In this document: one piece after another, positions 1-10,164 of the stretch | How the letters are laid out: every line of letters begins with the position of its first letter | Position numbering within the stretch: position 1 is the stretch's first letter | NCBI GenBank assembly: GCA_965222225.1 | Contig: CBDCTK010000002.1 | Span: 544,001-608,000, forward strand | DNA length: 64,000 nt | Origin: Candidatus Poribacteria bacterium | GTDB lineage: Bacteria; Poribacteria; WGA-4E; JAJDTR01 | Direction of reading: 5' to 3' | Program-made: the position numbers and the translations under genes | Notes under the pieces: generated by a model | The model's database searches: none | Told to the model about the DNA's origin: nothing | What the model saw: the letters and a program-made list of their open reading frames with translations, nothing else

Positions 1-750
1 AGAATGACGCTGTCCAACAACATGGGATCAACTCTCAATATGTTTGCAACAATTGATGCGGTTCCCGGACATCTGTACGTCAAGGTGGGCCAATTCCGCA
101 TCCCGTTTGGGATTAAACAGAAGGACCACAATATGCTCGTGCGCCAAGGATATGATCTCGGATCAAACAAGCGAGATGCCGGCGTTGAAATTGGTGGTTC
201 TGCAGGAAAAGTGTTCTACAGTGCCGCTATCTTCAACGGTGGTCGCGCACTTAGATCTGACACAAATCAACATAAAGCTTGGACCTCAACGATAGGCAGT
301 TCTTTTGGACCGGTACGGGGCGGGGTCTCTTATCTTGTCGACAAACCAAGAGGCGAACGAAACATGGTGGCAGGAGCGTTCTTGACGGCTGTACACAAGA
401 GGTTGTCGATCGAAGCCGAAGTAAATATTGGAAACAGTTTTGCCGATGATGAGAGCCTTCTAGGCGATTTAGGCGCCGCGTCGCTAGGATATTATGCCGG
501 TGCCAGATATCGGGTGATTCCCAAGTTAATTCTATCGGGAAGGTACGAAGCTTTCGACCCCGACCAAGATCGAAACGGTGACGAGTTGCGCCGCCTTTCC
601 GGGAGCGCGCGATATACCGTCACGGACAATGCTACGCTTGAATTGTATTACTGGGGCAATATTGCAAACGAGGATCGGGCACCAGACACGAAAGACCGCC
701 AACTGGCGGGCATCGATCAGATTATTCTAATGTCACACTTCTGGTTCTAA
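1..750 (+). CDS. Outer-membrane beta-barrel/porin-like protein (OprO/P-like), 5' end outside window
   Basis: Frame open from base 1. KVGQFRIPFG and RDAGV motifs, amphipathic beta strands, GRYEAFDPD, C-terminal aromatic HFWF. Confidence 0.6.
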   Translation, partial: RMTLSNNMGSTLNMFATIDAVPGHLYVKVGQFRIPFGIKQKDHNMLVRQGYDLGSNKRDAGVEIGGSAGKVFYSAAIFNGGRALRSDTNQHKAWTSTIGSSFGPVRGGVSYLVDKPRGERNMVAGAFLTAVHKRLSIEAEVNIGNSFADDESLLGDLGAASLGYYAGARYRVIPKLILSGRYEAFDPDQDRNGDELRRLSGSARYTVTDNATLELYYWGNIANEDRAPDTKDRQLAGIDQIILMSHFWF

Positions 751-810
751 GTGATTTAGATTTGACTCGCACTGACATTTCTGGAAACTTGCTGAAAGGT
801 AAGGAATCAC

Positions 811-1011
811 ATGCCTTCCACGATCGACACCGAACTCGTTGAAGTCTTTCGACGCGAGGTTGAGGAACTTTCTCAATCGTCAGACAAGTATAGTTCTCTT
901 GAACCTGCGGACATCAATTCGATTCTCCGCGCATTTAGCCTTGCGATTGACCGGGACGGAGACGGGGTGACGGCTCAAAGGCTCTTGCAAGCGATTAACC
1001 AGCGCCAGTGA
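811..1011 (+). CDS. Small hypothetical protein (66 aa), coupled to the downstream SMC-like ATPase
   Basis: RBS AAGGA upstream of the ATG; stop overlaps the next start (GTGA). Confidence 0.6.
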   Translation: MPSTIDTELVEVFRREVEELSQSSDKYSSLEPADINSILRAFSLAIDRDGDGVTAQRLLQAINQRQ

Positions 1012-2945
1012 ATATGCGGCTAGAAAAAATCCTTCTCAAATCCTTTGGCTGCTTCAATCGGAGAGATTTTGAACTTAGCGAAGGGACAAACCTTATCTTC
1101 GGACCGAATTTCAGCGGCAAAAGTACGCTCGTTAACGCAATTTTTTTTGCGTTGACCGGCAAGTCAATCGTCCCTAGAGTTGCTATGGGGGCACTGACGC
1201 AGGGGGGAACAAACAGTGGAACGGCTGGGGTTGGATTTCGCGAGCAGGGGAAGAGTTATCAGTTGTTTCGGTCTACTCAAGGTGAGGTTGAACTGCGTTG
1301 TATGGAGGGAGGTAACTGGCGGAAAATCTTCAGTGGAAAACGGGCGGCAGACGAGGATTTGAGGAAGATGTTTGATTTCACGTATGACCACTTGGCTGCT
1401 GCGACTTTTTTGCGGGAAGGTGAGATTTTTGAATTCCTCGCTCGGCAGCCATCACATCGGCGCGAAATCTTGTACGTGCTGCTCGGTATCGATCGACTCA
1501 TAGGCGTTCGGGAACGGTTCATTGAAGTAAGGCGCATCGTGAAACGTGAAGAGACGCGGATTCAGGAACATCAACGTAGACTACAACTCGCTACGGCCAA
1601 GACTCATCGGGCGGAAATAGAGCGTATCCAAAACCAAATGGTTGAGTTAGAAAAAGAGTATGAACTCCTATCAAGCTACAACACTGCAAGCGGCAATGAG
1701 GTACTTATCTTTGAATTGACGGAGGAGCGCTCACGTCTGGAAAAGCAGATGAATACTCTCGCAGTAGAGCGAGTTTCAAGCCTCAGCGGCTTTAACGATA
1801 TCTCGCACATTCGACAGACGATTGAAACAGTAGAAGCAGCGATTAGTGATACCAAGCAACTTGAATCGCAGCGCGAGAAGTTGATTCAGGAGATTGGTGG
1901 TCTCCAGAACCAAACTGAAATGTTGGCGGAGACCTGCCAGACTTTGCAACAGTTACTTGAGAGCAATCAAGGGCATTGTCCAACGTGCCATCAACCAGTA
2001 CACCAGATGGTCTTCAAGGGAATTCTTGAGGAAAAACAAGCCGAAAAGGGCAAGTTCGTAGAGCGTTTGGCGACAAAACAGAAACAGCTTGACAAAAACT
2101 CGGTTGACCTATCGACTTTACGAAAACTGAACCAACGGCATCAGGTACTGCAAAGCAAAATTCAAGTTCTAGATCGTATTGAAAGCCAGTATGGGGAAGT
2201 TCAATCCGAATTCAATACAATCAGTGCCAAACTTCGGAGCCTACAGGTAGAGGATGCGACCAAGAGCCATGCCTCGGAAACGACCGCGTCTGGTTACGCT
2301 CGGGTGGTTGAACGTAGACGCCAGATGAGAAACAAGATTGATGGACTGCGTAAACGACTGCTGGCGCTCAACAAGGAAGAAGCCGTCATAACGAATAAAA
2401 TTGAGGAACTTGAACGTGCAGAGGTTGAGGTGAGTCTCGCGCTGCGGACACGACTGAATCTTGAACTTACATGTGATGCCATTGAGCGTACAATTCAGGC
2501 TATTCAGCGCCAAATTCTTCAGCCAGCCGAGAGAGAACTGCAACGTTGGCTTAAACGGATGAATCTTTTTGAATTGGCACAAATTGATTTGAAGAGCCAG
2601 TACCTGCTTCCATCTCTGCAGATTGACGGCAATGACCGAAGTTTGATGCTACTCAGCGGCAGTGAAAAGATAATTCTGTATCTTTCTCTAAAGATAGCGC
2701 TTTCGAGAACGTTGGGCAATCCCGGTTTTTTTGTCTTTGACGATCCGACGCTACATCTGGATTATAGGCGAAAACAGTTGATGATTGAATTCATCCTTAA
2801 ACTTGCCGAGGAGTATCAAGTGATTGTCACCAGTAACGATTCGGATGTTCTCAAAGGGCTAGACGGTGCACACCTGATTGAAACGGGGAATGTGGGTGAC
2901 GACATCCTAACAGAGACACCGACAAATGAGAGCGCAACACAGTAA
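1008..2945 (+). CDS. SbcC/Rad50-like SMC-family ATPase
   Basis: Walker A GPNFSGKST, coiled coils, CPTC zinc hook, LSGSEK signature, Walker B FVFDDPT. Confidence 0.85.
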   Translation: MNMRLEKILLKSFGCFNRRDFELSEGTNLIFGPNFSGKSTLVNAIFFALTGKSIVPRVAMGALTQGGTNSGTAGVGFREQGKSYQLFRSTQGEVELRCMEGGNWRKIFSGKRAADEDLRKMFDFTYDHLAAATFLREGEIFEFLARQPSHRREILYVLLGIDRLIGVRERFIEVRRIVKREETRIQEHQRRLQLATAKTHRAEIERIQNQMVELEKEYELLSSYNTASGNEVLIFELTEERSRLEKQMNTLAVERVSSLSGFNDISHIRQTIETVEAAISDTKQLESQREKLIQEIGGLQNQTEMLAETCQTLQQLLESNQGHCPTCHQPVHQMVFKGILEEKQAEKGKFVERLATKQKQLDKNSVDLSTLRKLNQRHQVLQSKIQVLDRIESQYGEVQSEFNTISAKLRSLQVEDATKSHASETTASGYARVVERRRQMRNKIDGLRKRLLALNKEEAVITNKIEELERAEVEVSLALRTRLNLELTCDAIERTIQAIQRQILQPAERELQRWLKRMNLFELAQIDLKSQYLLPSLQIDGNDRSLMLLSGSEKIILYLSLKIALSRTLGNPGFFVFDDPTLHLDYRRKQLMIEFILKLAEEYQVIVTSNDSDVLKGLDGAHLIETGNVGDDILTETPTNESATQ

Positions 2946-3048
2946 GCGATTTAATCTTACAATCAGTAAGATTTTGGGTTGTCTAGGAGGGTTTTCATCT
3001 TCGCTGTGGACGCAATCCCCTACCACAGCCTGAAAGCGTAAGCAGCGT

Positions 3049-4026
3049 ATGGTGAGTATTGGTAACATAACAACCACGGATTTCCCGCTGTTGCTTGCTC
3101 CAATGGAAGATGTAAGCGATCCGCCATTCCGAGCTGTGTGCAAAGAGAATGGCGCAGATTTAATGTACACTGAATTCATCTCGTCCGAAGGGCTTATCCG
3201 ACATGCAGCCAAGAGCGTAGCCAAGCTAGATATTTTTGAATATGAACGCCCGGTCGGGATTCAAATTTTTGGACATAACATCGACTCAATGAAGGAAGCT
3301 GTCGAGATGGCGGAGCAAGCCCACCCCGATATTATCGACATCAACTACGGCTGTCCGGTAAAAAAGGTGGCATGTCGCGGCGCTGGTGCAGGGATATTGC
3401 TTGATGTTCCGAAAATGGTAAAGATGACGGAAGAGATTGTCAAATCGACTTCTTTACCTGTAACCGTGAAAACCAGACTCGGTTGGGATGATAAGTCCAA
3501 GTACATTAGTGAAGTCTCCGAGAGACTGCAGGATGTCGGCATCCGGGCAATTTCCATTCACGGCCGTACTCGACGACAGATGTACAAAGGTGAGGCAGAC
3601 TGGACTCTGATAGGCGAAATCAAGAACAACCCGCGTATACACATCCCTGTTTTTGGGAACGGAGACGTAGATAGCCCGCAGAAAGCGCTGTTGATGCGTC
3701 AAAAATATGGCGTCGATGGTATTATGATTGGCAGAGCCGCGATTGGTTATCCATGGATCTTTCGGGAGATAAAACACTATTTTTCGACGGGCGAGTTGCT
3801 CCCACGTCCCTCGCTAGACGAGAGAATCCAAGTATTCAAAAAGCACCTCGATTTTTCCACGCACTGGAAGGGGTTACGAGTGGGCATTGCAGAGATGCGA
3901 CGACACTATAGCAACTACTTCAGAGGAATTCCGCATATAAAGATTTATCGTGCCAAGCTGGTGACTTGCGACAGTTATGAAGAGATTCTGAGCACAGTCG
4001 ATGATATTCGTCAAATTGCCGCTTGA
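3049..4026 (+). CDS. dusB: tRNA-dihydrouridine synthase B
   Basis: LAPMED, DINYGCP, HGRT, GNGD and GIMIGR motifs. Confidence 0.92.
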   Translation: MVSIGNITTTDFPLLLAPMEDVSDPPFRAVCKENGADLMYTEFISSEGLIRHAAKSVAKLDIFEYERPVGIQIFGHNIDSMKEAVEMAEQAHPDIIDINYGCPVKKVACRGAGAGILLDVPKMVKMTEEIVKSTSLPVTVKTRLGWDDKSKYISEVSERLQDVGIRAISIHGRTRRQMYKGEADWTLIGEIKNNPRIHIPVFGNGDVDSPQKALLMRQKYGVDGIMIGRAAIGYPWIFREIKHYFSTGELLPRPSLDERIQVFKKHLDFSTHWKGLRVGIAEMRRHYSNYFRGIPHIKIYRAKLVTCDSYEEILSTVDDIRQIAA

Positions 4027-4150
4027 GTTCGATTATTGGACTCTATGGGAAGAGAAAAAGGAGCTGGAGTGCCTCTAACTCTTGATGTGTAAATCTTGGA
4101 GAAACAACGGTATTCATTGTGAGATGCGTATACTCTAAAGGGAAGATATA

Positions 4151-4396
4151 ATGACAGCTGAACAAGCAAGATCCTTGAAAGAGAGTCTTGAATCAATGTT
4201 TGAACACATTGCAGGAAGACACGGAATGTCAGAAGACCTCCAACAGATTGAAAGATTGCAGCGCGAAATTGCTCCAACTGCGCCGTCAATGCTCAATCAT
4301 TATCTTGAGCGTAGGAGCTATACGAAAGCGCTTGACTTTCTTAATCAGGAGATTACCACCGGGGACATAGACCGTCCGAGCTCAACCGATGACTGA
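4151..4396 (+). CDS. Small hypothetical protein (81 aa)
   Basis: RBS-like GGGAAG upstream; helical protein with LNHYLERRSYTKALDFL segment. Confidence 0.65.
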   Translation: MTAEQARSLKESLESMFEHIAGRHGMSEDLQQIERLQREIAPTAPSMLNHYLERRSYTKALDFLNQEITTGDIDRPSSTDD

Positions 4397-4496
4397 TTTG
4401 ACACGCAAGCAGGGGAAACGCATCTAAAATCCTTCAGTCGCCCTCACGCTAAAAATAACCACGGTGGCTGTCTTTTGCTTTATCAGTTTTGCGCTT

Positions 4497-4805
4497 TATA
4501 ACCCCAGCGCGGCGACAGGTCGGTCGTGTCCCGGATGCATCGTCCGAATTAGGAAGAAATATTGGATTCCAGGCTGATTCGAGCATTTCGGAATTTAACC
4601 GAGAGTATTACAATAGCCACCTAACAGGCATTTTCCGATGTTTTTTTTGATTTAGTCACTATCCAAGTGTCGCCCCGTTGGGGACTTTTACGTGCGTGCG
4701 ATTGGCGTTGCTATATACCTGTGGAATCCCTATCGCACTCGTTATCCACTCCCTTGATCCCCGCTGGGGCTTCCGATGTGTGACGAATCGGTGTTGCTAT
4801 TCACT
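4497..4805. repeat. Cluster of degenerate REP-like repeats (tgtcgccccgytgggg family)
   Basis: Reverse copy at ~4501-4521 (ccccagcgcggcgacagg), forward gtgtcgccccgttgggg at ~4668, partial cccgctggggctt at ~4760, and ttgctat flanks at ~4708 and ~4795. Confidence 0.5.
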
Positions 4806-4886
4806 TTGAGAATCTCATCTTCAATTTGATGATAGTTGATCTCTTAGAATCAGATGTGTTTTCCTTGGGCACGCAAGGCATTTGAG

Positions 4887-4915
4887 TTGACATCAATAAA
4901 ATGCAGTGATATAGT
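4887..4915 (+). promoter_or_regulatory. Sigma70 promoter of the rph operon
   Basis: TTGACA-17bp-TATAGT with an extended -10 TG. Confidence 0.75.
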
Positions 4916-4991
4916 AGCTATCAAGGTTGAGGGAATCACGAAATGGATTCATTTGGCGACGACAGTTCAAAACTTGTTGAGGGGAGTGTAG

Positions 4992-5750
4992 ATGGCACGA
5001 GTTGATGGGCGCCGACAAAATCAGATGCGGCCCCTCACGATTAATCGAAATTTCATTAAACATGCCGAGGGTTCCGTGTTGATTGAGATAGGGGACACGA
5101 AGGTGGTGTGCACGGCATCGGTTGATGAGAGACAACCGCGTTTCATGCGCGAGCAACAAATCCGTAACAAAGGCTGGGTAACTGGAGAATATTCAATGTT
5201 GCCACGTTCTACTTCGGATCGGATGCAGCGCGAGGTTACGCGTGGATCGCCTAGTGGGCGAACACAGGAGATTCAACGCCTGATTGGCAGATCGCTCCGA
5301 GCTATCGTAGATTTAAATATGCTTGGCGAACGAACTATCTGGATTGATTGCGACGTTATCCAAGCGGATGGCGGCACACGAACCGCTTCAATAACAGGAG
5401 CTTATGTCGCGCTCTGGGATGCCTGCCAATGGCTCATGAAGCGCAAATTGATTGATGTCCTCCCGATACGCGACAACGTCGCTGCAACAAGTGTTGGAAT
5501 CGTTAACGGTACACCGAGTCTAGATCTTTGTTATAGTGAGGATTCAACCGCGGAAGTAGACATGAACGTTGTCATGACCGGGAAGGGAAAATTTGTAGAG
5601 ATACAGGGAACGGCTGAAGAGAATCCCTTTTCGCGGGAAGAATCCGATCAGCTATTGGATCTTGCCACCGACGGGATTGGTCAACTGATCCGTCTGCAAA
5701 AACGTATGGTTTTGGAAAGATTAGATGAAGCTAGTCTTGGCAACGCGTAA
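4992..5750 (+). CDS. rph: Ribonuclease PH
   Basis: [42 protein letters not shown]. Confidence 0.97.
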   Translation: MARVDGRRQNQMRPLTINRNFIKHAEGSVLIEIGDTKVVCTASVDERQPRFMREQQIRNKGWVTGEYSMLPRSTSDRMQREVTRGSPSGRTQEIQRLIGRSLRAIVDLNMLGERTIWIDCDVIQADGGTRTASITGAYVALWDACQWLMKRKLIDVLPIRDNVAATSVGIVNGTPSLDLCYSEDSTAEVDMNVVMTGKGKFVEIQGTAEENPFSREESDQLLDLATDGIGQLIRLQKRMVLERLDEASLGNA

Positions 5751-6333
5751 TATCGGGAAGGTGCGGGAACTCAGTAAAATGTTGAGTGACCAAGGTAATA
5801 TTGAAGTCCTATCTATAAAGGATTTTCCAAACGCGCCGGAGATTGTTGAAGATGGTGAGACCTATCAGGACAACGCAAAGAAAAAAGCTATCCATATCGC
5901 AGAATATTCAGGATTTCTTGCTCTTGCTGATGATTCAGGTCTAGAGGTTGATGCGCTTGACGGGGCGCCTGGTGTACATTCAGCACGCTATGCAGGTTCC
6001 AATGCTTCCGACGCTGATCGAATCGTGAAGTTACTCACCGCTATAATGGATACACCGGACGATGAGCGCACCGCGCGCTTTAAATGTGCAGTAGCTGTTG
6101 CGGAACCTAGCGGTCACGCGGACGTCGTCATTGGCGTATGCAATGGTTCAATTATTCGCGAGCCTCGTGGCACATGGGGATTTGGATATGACCCCATTTT
6201 TGTACCGCAGGGATATGACTTAACCTTCGCGGAGTTGGGCGAGCAGGTCAAGAATTGCATTAGCCATCGAGCAAAAGCGTTGAAGATGGCACTGGAGTTA
6301 ATTGAAAATACTTTGCAACAAACGGTTGATTGA
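5725..6333 (+). CDS. rdgB: XTP/dITP diphosphatase (Ham1/RdgB)
   Basis: [30 protein letters not shown] motifs; follows rph. Confidence 0.95.
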   Translation: MKLVLATRNIGKVRELSKMLSDQGNIEVLSIKDFPNAPEIVEDGETYQDNAKKKAIHIAEYSGFLALADDSGLEVDALDGAPGVHSARYAGSNASDADRIVKLLTAIMDTPDDERTARFKCAVAVAEPSGHADVVIGVCNGSIIREPRGTWGFGYDPIFVPQGYDLTFAELGEQVKNCISHRAKALKMALELIENTLQQTVD

Positions 6334-6348
6334 GTCAGGGAGAATACT

Positions 6349-6906
6349 ATGGCAGTATTGAATGATTTGCGTAACGGTCTGGTCATCCGGCTTGGTGATG
6401 TAATCTACACCATCGTAGATTGTCAACACGTTAAGCCTGGAAAAGGGGGAGCATTTGCACGTACCAAGCTAAAACGGTTGACCGACGGAGCCGTAATCGA
6501 TCGTACGTTTCGCTCGAGTGAAAGCATTGAAACGGTCAGGGTTGAAGGACGAGACATGCAGTTCATGTACAGTGACGGAAATCTGTTACATTTTATGGAC
6601 AATGAGACGTTTGAACAGCATATGCTGTCGACGGATCTAATCGGAGATGGAATGAAGTTCCTCAAAGAGGGAGAGACCATCACTGTCAAGGTGGATGGAG
6701 ATACTCCCCTTACTGTAGAGCTTCCTACCTTTGTGGCGCTTAAAATTGTCGAGACAGATCCCGGATTGCGTGGCGACACTGTCAGTGGTGGGTCTAAAAC
6801 CGCGAAACTAGAAACGGGCGGAAGCGTCCAAGTGCCGCTTTTTGTTGAAAACGGCACGGTCATCAAGGTAGATACACGCACAGGAACCTACGTTGAAAGG
6901 GTGTAA
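6349..6906 (+). CDS. efp: Elongation factor P
   Basis: HVKPGKGGAF loop; KVDTRTGTYVERV C-terminus. Confidence 0.97.
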   Translation: MAVLNDLRNGLVIRLGDVIYTIVDCQHVKPGKGGAFARTKLKRLTDGAVIDRTFRSSESIETVRVEGRDMQFMYSDGNLLHFMDNETFEQHMLSTDLIGDGMKFLKEGETITVKVDGDTPLTVELPTFVALKIVETDPGLRGDTVSGGSKTAKLETGGSVQVPLFVENGTVIKVDTRTGTYVERV

Positions 6907-6909
6907 CGC

Positions 6910-7359
6910 ATGCCCGAAGATAAATCACCTTCCTTACAATTGCTAAACCAGGTCTGTGACGTTATGGACGATCGCCGGTTGACGGAAGTCTATCTGCGCG
7001 ACGGCGAAGTTACACTTAGGGTACGTAGAGAAGACCCTGCAGTGACAATTCCCACCGGAGTATCTCAACCTGCTGCATCGTCGCCGATATCTATGCCGCT
7101 CCAAACAGATCACGAAGACAGCGAATTCATCAAAGCTCCAATGCCGGGTGTTTTCTATCGGTCTGCGGCGCCAGATGAGCCATTCTTTGTCATTGAGGGC
7201 GATATTGTATCGGGCGAAGATGCAATTTGTTTAATTGAGGCAATGAAAATCTTCAACCCGATTCAGACCGGATTTCCTTGTCAGATTGTTGAAGTCGTTG
7301 TGGAAAATGAGACGGTGGTGGAGTACGATCAACCGCTTTTTCGCATAAAAAGAACCTGA
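6910..7359 (+). CDS. accB: Acetyl-CoA carboxylase biotin carboxyl carrier protein
   Basis: APMPGVFYR and EAMK biotinylation motif; lies between efp and accC. Confidence 0.93.
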   Translation: MPEDKSPSLQLLNQVCDVMDDRRLTEVYLRDGEVTLRVRREDPAVTIPTGVSQPAASSPISMPLQTDHEDSEFIKAPMPGVFYRSAAPDEPFFVIEGDIVSGEDAICLIEAMKIFNPIQTGFPCQIVEVVVENETVVEYDQPLFRIKRT

Positions 7360-7442
7360 GCGTTTCTCGCCTCCTGGTATTCACCATTTCTACCATCTTG
7401 ATAGGCTCTTCTCGTCAGCCCAGATTGATTCACTGAGAATTT

Positions 7443-8813
7443 ATGTTTAGGAAAATCCTTATTGCAAATCGCGGTGAGATTGCGGTTCGAATCATTCGCA
7501 CGTGTCGAGACATGGGGATTAAGACTGTTGCAGTTTATTCGACAGCAGATCGAGATGCCTTGCATGTGAAGTATGCCGATGAGCAGTACTGCATTGGACC
7601 GCCTTCTCCGGCGGAAAGCTATCTCAAACATGCCAACATAATCACTGTAGCGCAGTTGACAAACGCTGACGCCCTCCACCCCGGAGTAGGATTTTTGTCT
7701 GAGGATTCGCAGTTTGCCGAAATCTGCGAAGCGCATCGAATTACGTTTATTGGTCCCTCGGTCGATAACTTGGTGCGGATGGGGGATAAAGCTGAAGCTC
7801 GTGAAACGATGTCCAAGTTGGGACTGAAGCTTGTACCAGGCAGTCGAAGCACTCGGCAGGGTCGTTTGAAAATAGGTCGTAAACGGGGAGTAGTCGAGAC
7901 GGAGGAAGAGGCCGTCGAGGTCGCCGAGCGGATAGGTTATCCTGTAGGGATTAAAGCATCTGCTGGAGGCGGAGGGCGTGGCATCCGAATTGCGAACAAT
8001 CAGATCAGTTTGCTAAGCCTATTCCACACAGCAAAATCCGAAGCGGAGCGCGCGTTTGGTAATGCAGATGTTTACATTGAAAAGTGGATCGAGAATGCGC
8101 GACATATTGAGGTACAGATCCTCGCAGACAAGCATGACAACGTCGTACATCTTGGTGAGCGCGAATGTTCAATCCAACGGAAGCAGCAAAAATTGCTTGA
8201 GGAGGCACCGTCTCCGTCAATCAGTGCGAAGCTACGCGCCGAAATCTGCAAAACCGCAGTGAAAGCGGCAAAGTCAATCAATTATTCAAATGTAGGTACA
8301 ATCGAATTTTTAGTTGACTCAGACAATAATTTCTATTTCCTAGAAATGAATACGCGCCTTCAAGTTGAGCACACTGTTACCGAAATGACAACAGGGATCG
8401 ATCTGGTTAAAGAACAAATTCGCGTGGCGGCGGGGGAGCAACTAGGATACAGTCATTCAGACGTACGAATTGATGGTCATGCCATTGAATGCCGGATTAA
8501 TGCTGAAGATGCCCAGAAAAACTTTATTCCATCGCCCGGTGAAATAACCGCCTACCATCCTCCTGGAGGCATAGGCATTCGAACCGATAGTCATCTCTAT
8601 ACAGGGCACAAGGTTCCACCGTATTACGATTCGCTTATCGCCAAACTTATTGCCCATGGTCGAACTAGAGAAGAGGCAATTGTTCGGATGAGGCGTGCTT
8701 TGGAGGAACTCACCATTGGAGGGGTTAAAACCACAACTTCCTTGCATCAAGAAATACTAAGGGATGAACGTTTTCTAGCCGGGCAGGTGGACACAGGATT
8801 CTTGGAAGCCTAA
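7443..8813 (+). CDS. accC: Acetyl-CoA carboxylase biotin carboxylase
   Basis: ANRGEIA, GGGGRG, ERECSIQR, EMNTRLQVEH, CRINAED, YYDSL. Confidence 0.97.
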   Translation: MFRKILIANRGEIAVRIIRTCRDMGIKTVAVYSTADRDALHVKYADEQYCIGPPSPAESYLKHANIITVAQLTNADALHPGVGFLSEDSQFAEICEAHRITFIGPSVDNLVRMGDKAEARETMSKLGLKLVPGSRSTRQGRLKIGRKRGVVETEEEAVEVAERIGYPVGIKASAGGGGRGIRIANNQISLLSLFHTAKSEAERAFGNADVYIEKWIENARHIEVQILADKHDNVVHLGERECSIQRKQQKLLEEAPSPSISAKLRAEICKTAVKAAKSINYSNVGTIEFLVDSDNNFYFLEMNTRLQVEHTVTEMTTGIDLVKEQIRVAAGEQLGYSHSDVRIDGHAIECRINAEDAQKNFIPSPGEITAYHPPGGIGIRTDSHLYTGHKVPPYYDSLIAKLIAHGRTREEAIVRMRRALEELTIGGVKTTTSLHQEILRDERFLAGQVDTGFLEA

Positions 8814-8886
8814 GTATAGTGTTTGACTGATCTCACGTCTGAGACTACGGTTATTTCGTTTGTTCTCTACTTGCTCCCGTTCAACT

Positions 8887-9615
8887 ATGCCTTCTTCGGT
8901 TGATGTCGTCTTCACACCAAATCTCCTTCCCTTCTCCGACCTTTCCGAAAAAACCGTCGTAGTCACCGATATCCTGCGCGCGACAACTACGATTACGGTC
9001 GCTCTTGCAAATGGCGCCTCCAGCGTTGCTCCTGTTTTGGCCCCCGCCGATGCTTTTCACTTCGCTAATCAAACCCCAAACGCTCTAATCGGAGGTGAGC
9101 GAGAGGGAATCAAGATCGACGGCTTTAATCTCGGGAATTCGCCTCGCGAATATACAAAATCCGTAGTTGTCGGACGACCGATTGTGTTGACCACAACGAA
9201 TGGCACACGCGCCCTGCGTCTGTGTCAATCTGCCAATCGCGTGCTTGTTGGTTGCTTTCTAAACCTTCGAGCAGTGACCAATTACCTCATAAATGTGACA
9301 GGAGAAATTGTGATTGCATGTTCGGGGCGAGAAGGTAGTTTCTGTCTTGAAGATGCAATTTTTTCTGGGGCTTGCGCAGATGCGTTAAAATGTGGTACCG
9401 ATAACGTCAGGCGCGATTTCCGACTGACTGATGCCGCGGAAGCTGCTCGAATTCTCTATCGCGAACATCACCACGATCTCATTGGCATGATGAATAATTG
9501 CTACCATGGCAAGCATCTCGCCAATATTGGGTTGGGAGCAGATCTCGCATTTTGCGCTCAGACAAATATAATTGATATTGTTCCACGCCAAATTGATAGT
9601 CACATTGTTGCGTAA
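8887..9615 (+). CDS. comB: 2-phosphosulfolactate phosphatase family protein
   Basis: DILRATTT, GGER, GNSP, TTTNGT, FCLED; ATG at 8887. Confidence 0.9.
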   Translation: MPSSVDVVFTPNLLPFSDLSEKTVVVTDILRATTTITVALANGASSVAPVLAPADAFHFANQTPNALIGGEREGIKIDGFNLGNSPREYTKSVVVGRPIVLTTTNGTRALRLCQSANRVLVGCFLNLRAVTNYLINVTGEIVIACSGREGSFCLEDAIFSGACADALKCGTDNVRRDFRLTDAAEAARILYREHHHDLIGMMNNCYHGKHLANIGLGADLAFCAQTNIIDIVPRQIDSHIVA

Positions 9616-9622
9616 AGTTGCG
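9611..9622 (+). repeat. attL-like direct repeat CGTAAAGTTGCG overlapping the comB stop
   Basis: Identical to 18011-18022; AAAGTTGCG is tandemly duplicated at 9614-9631. Confidence 0.7.
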
Positions 9623-9766
9623 AAAGTTGCGTTGTCTCGGTAGATACATATATGCCTCTTTTTTTCTTATACGATTTGAGTTATTCTGAGTCGGCTTTTG
9701 AAGTTTTTTTACTGCTAGGATATTCAACAAATCTCCACAAATCATCTTCCACTGTTTTGTAGACCT

Positions 9767-9988
9767 TCACCCATTCACCACCCCGATGGAGACTGCCAAC
9801 CCAAATCTCAGGTTTTTTGAATGCCTGCGAATGAAATGAATGTTGCGCTTGGCAGTCCTACCACCCCCCTTTGACGGCAGTAAAACAGGCTGATTTTTCA
9901 ACCCGATGAATACTAAATCTTCCTCTGCCTGTGTATCTTGCAGAAGTTCTGCGAAGTCTTCAAGTACAGACATTATTTCACCTGCCAA
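9767..9988 (-). CDS. Hypothetical protein (73 aa) at the left end of the element
   Basis: ORF only; no recognisable motif. Confidence 0.3.
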   Translation of the reverse strand: MAGEIMSVLEDFAELLQDTQAEEDLVFIGLKNQPVLLPSKGGGRTAKRNIHFIRRHSKNLRFGLAVSIGVVNG

Positions 9989-10052
9989 TCGAAGTTAATC
10001 AACCTGCATTCTAGCCCTTGGATTTCCATGTGTCAACAGGATTTCTCTTGTT

Positions 10053-10077
10053 CTAACCTTCCCTGTACGCTATCATC
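10053..10077 (+). promoter_or_regulatory. Promoter-like motif, copy 1 (ctaaccttcc..gt..gctatcatc)
   Basis: 21/25 identical to 10823-10847; contains TATCAT -10; both copies precede an AAAGGAGATTC RBS. Confidence 0.55.
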
Positions 10078-10164
10078 TAGCTGAAGAATGCCGCATAGTT
10101 ATGGACCATCGCACTGTCTTGACTGTATTTCGGAATTCTCAACACAAGATTGTAAAGGAGATTC

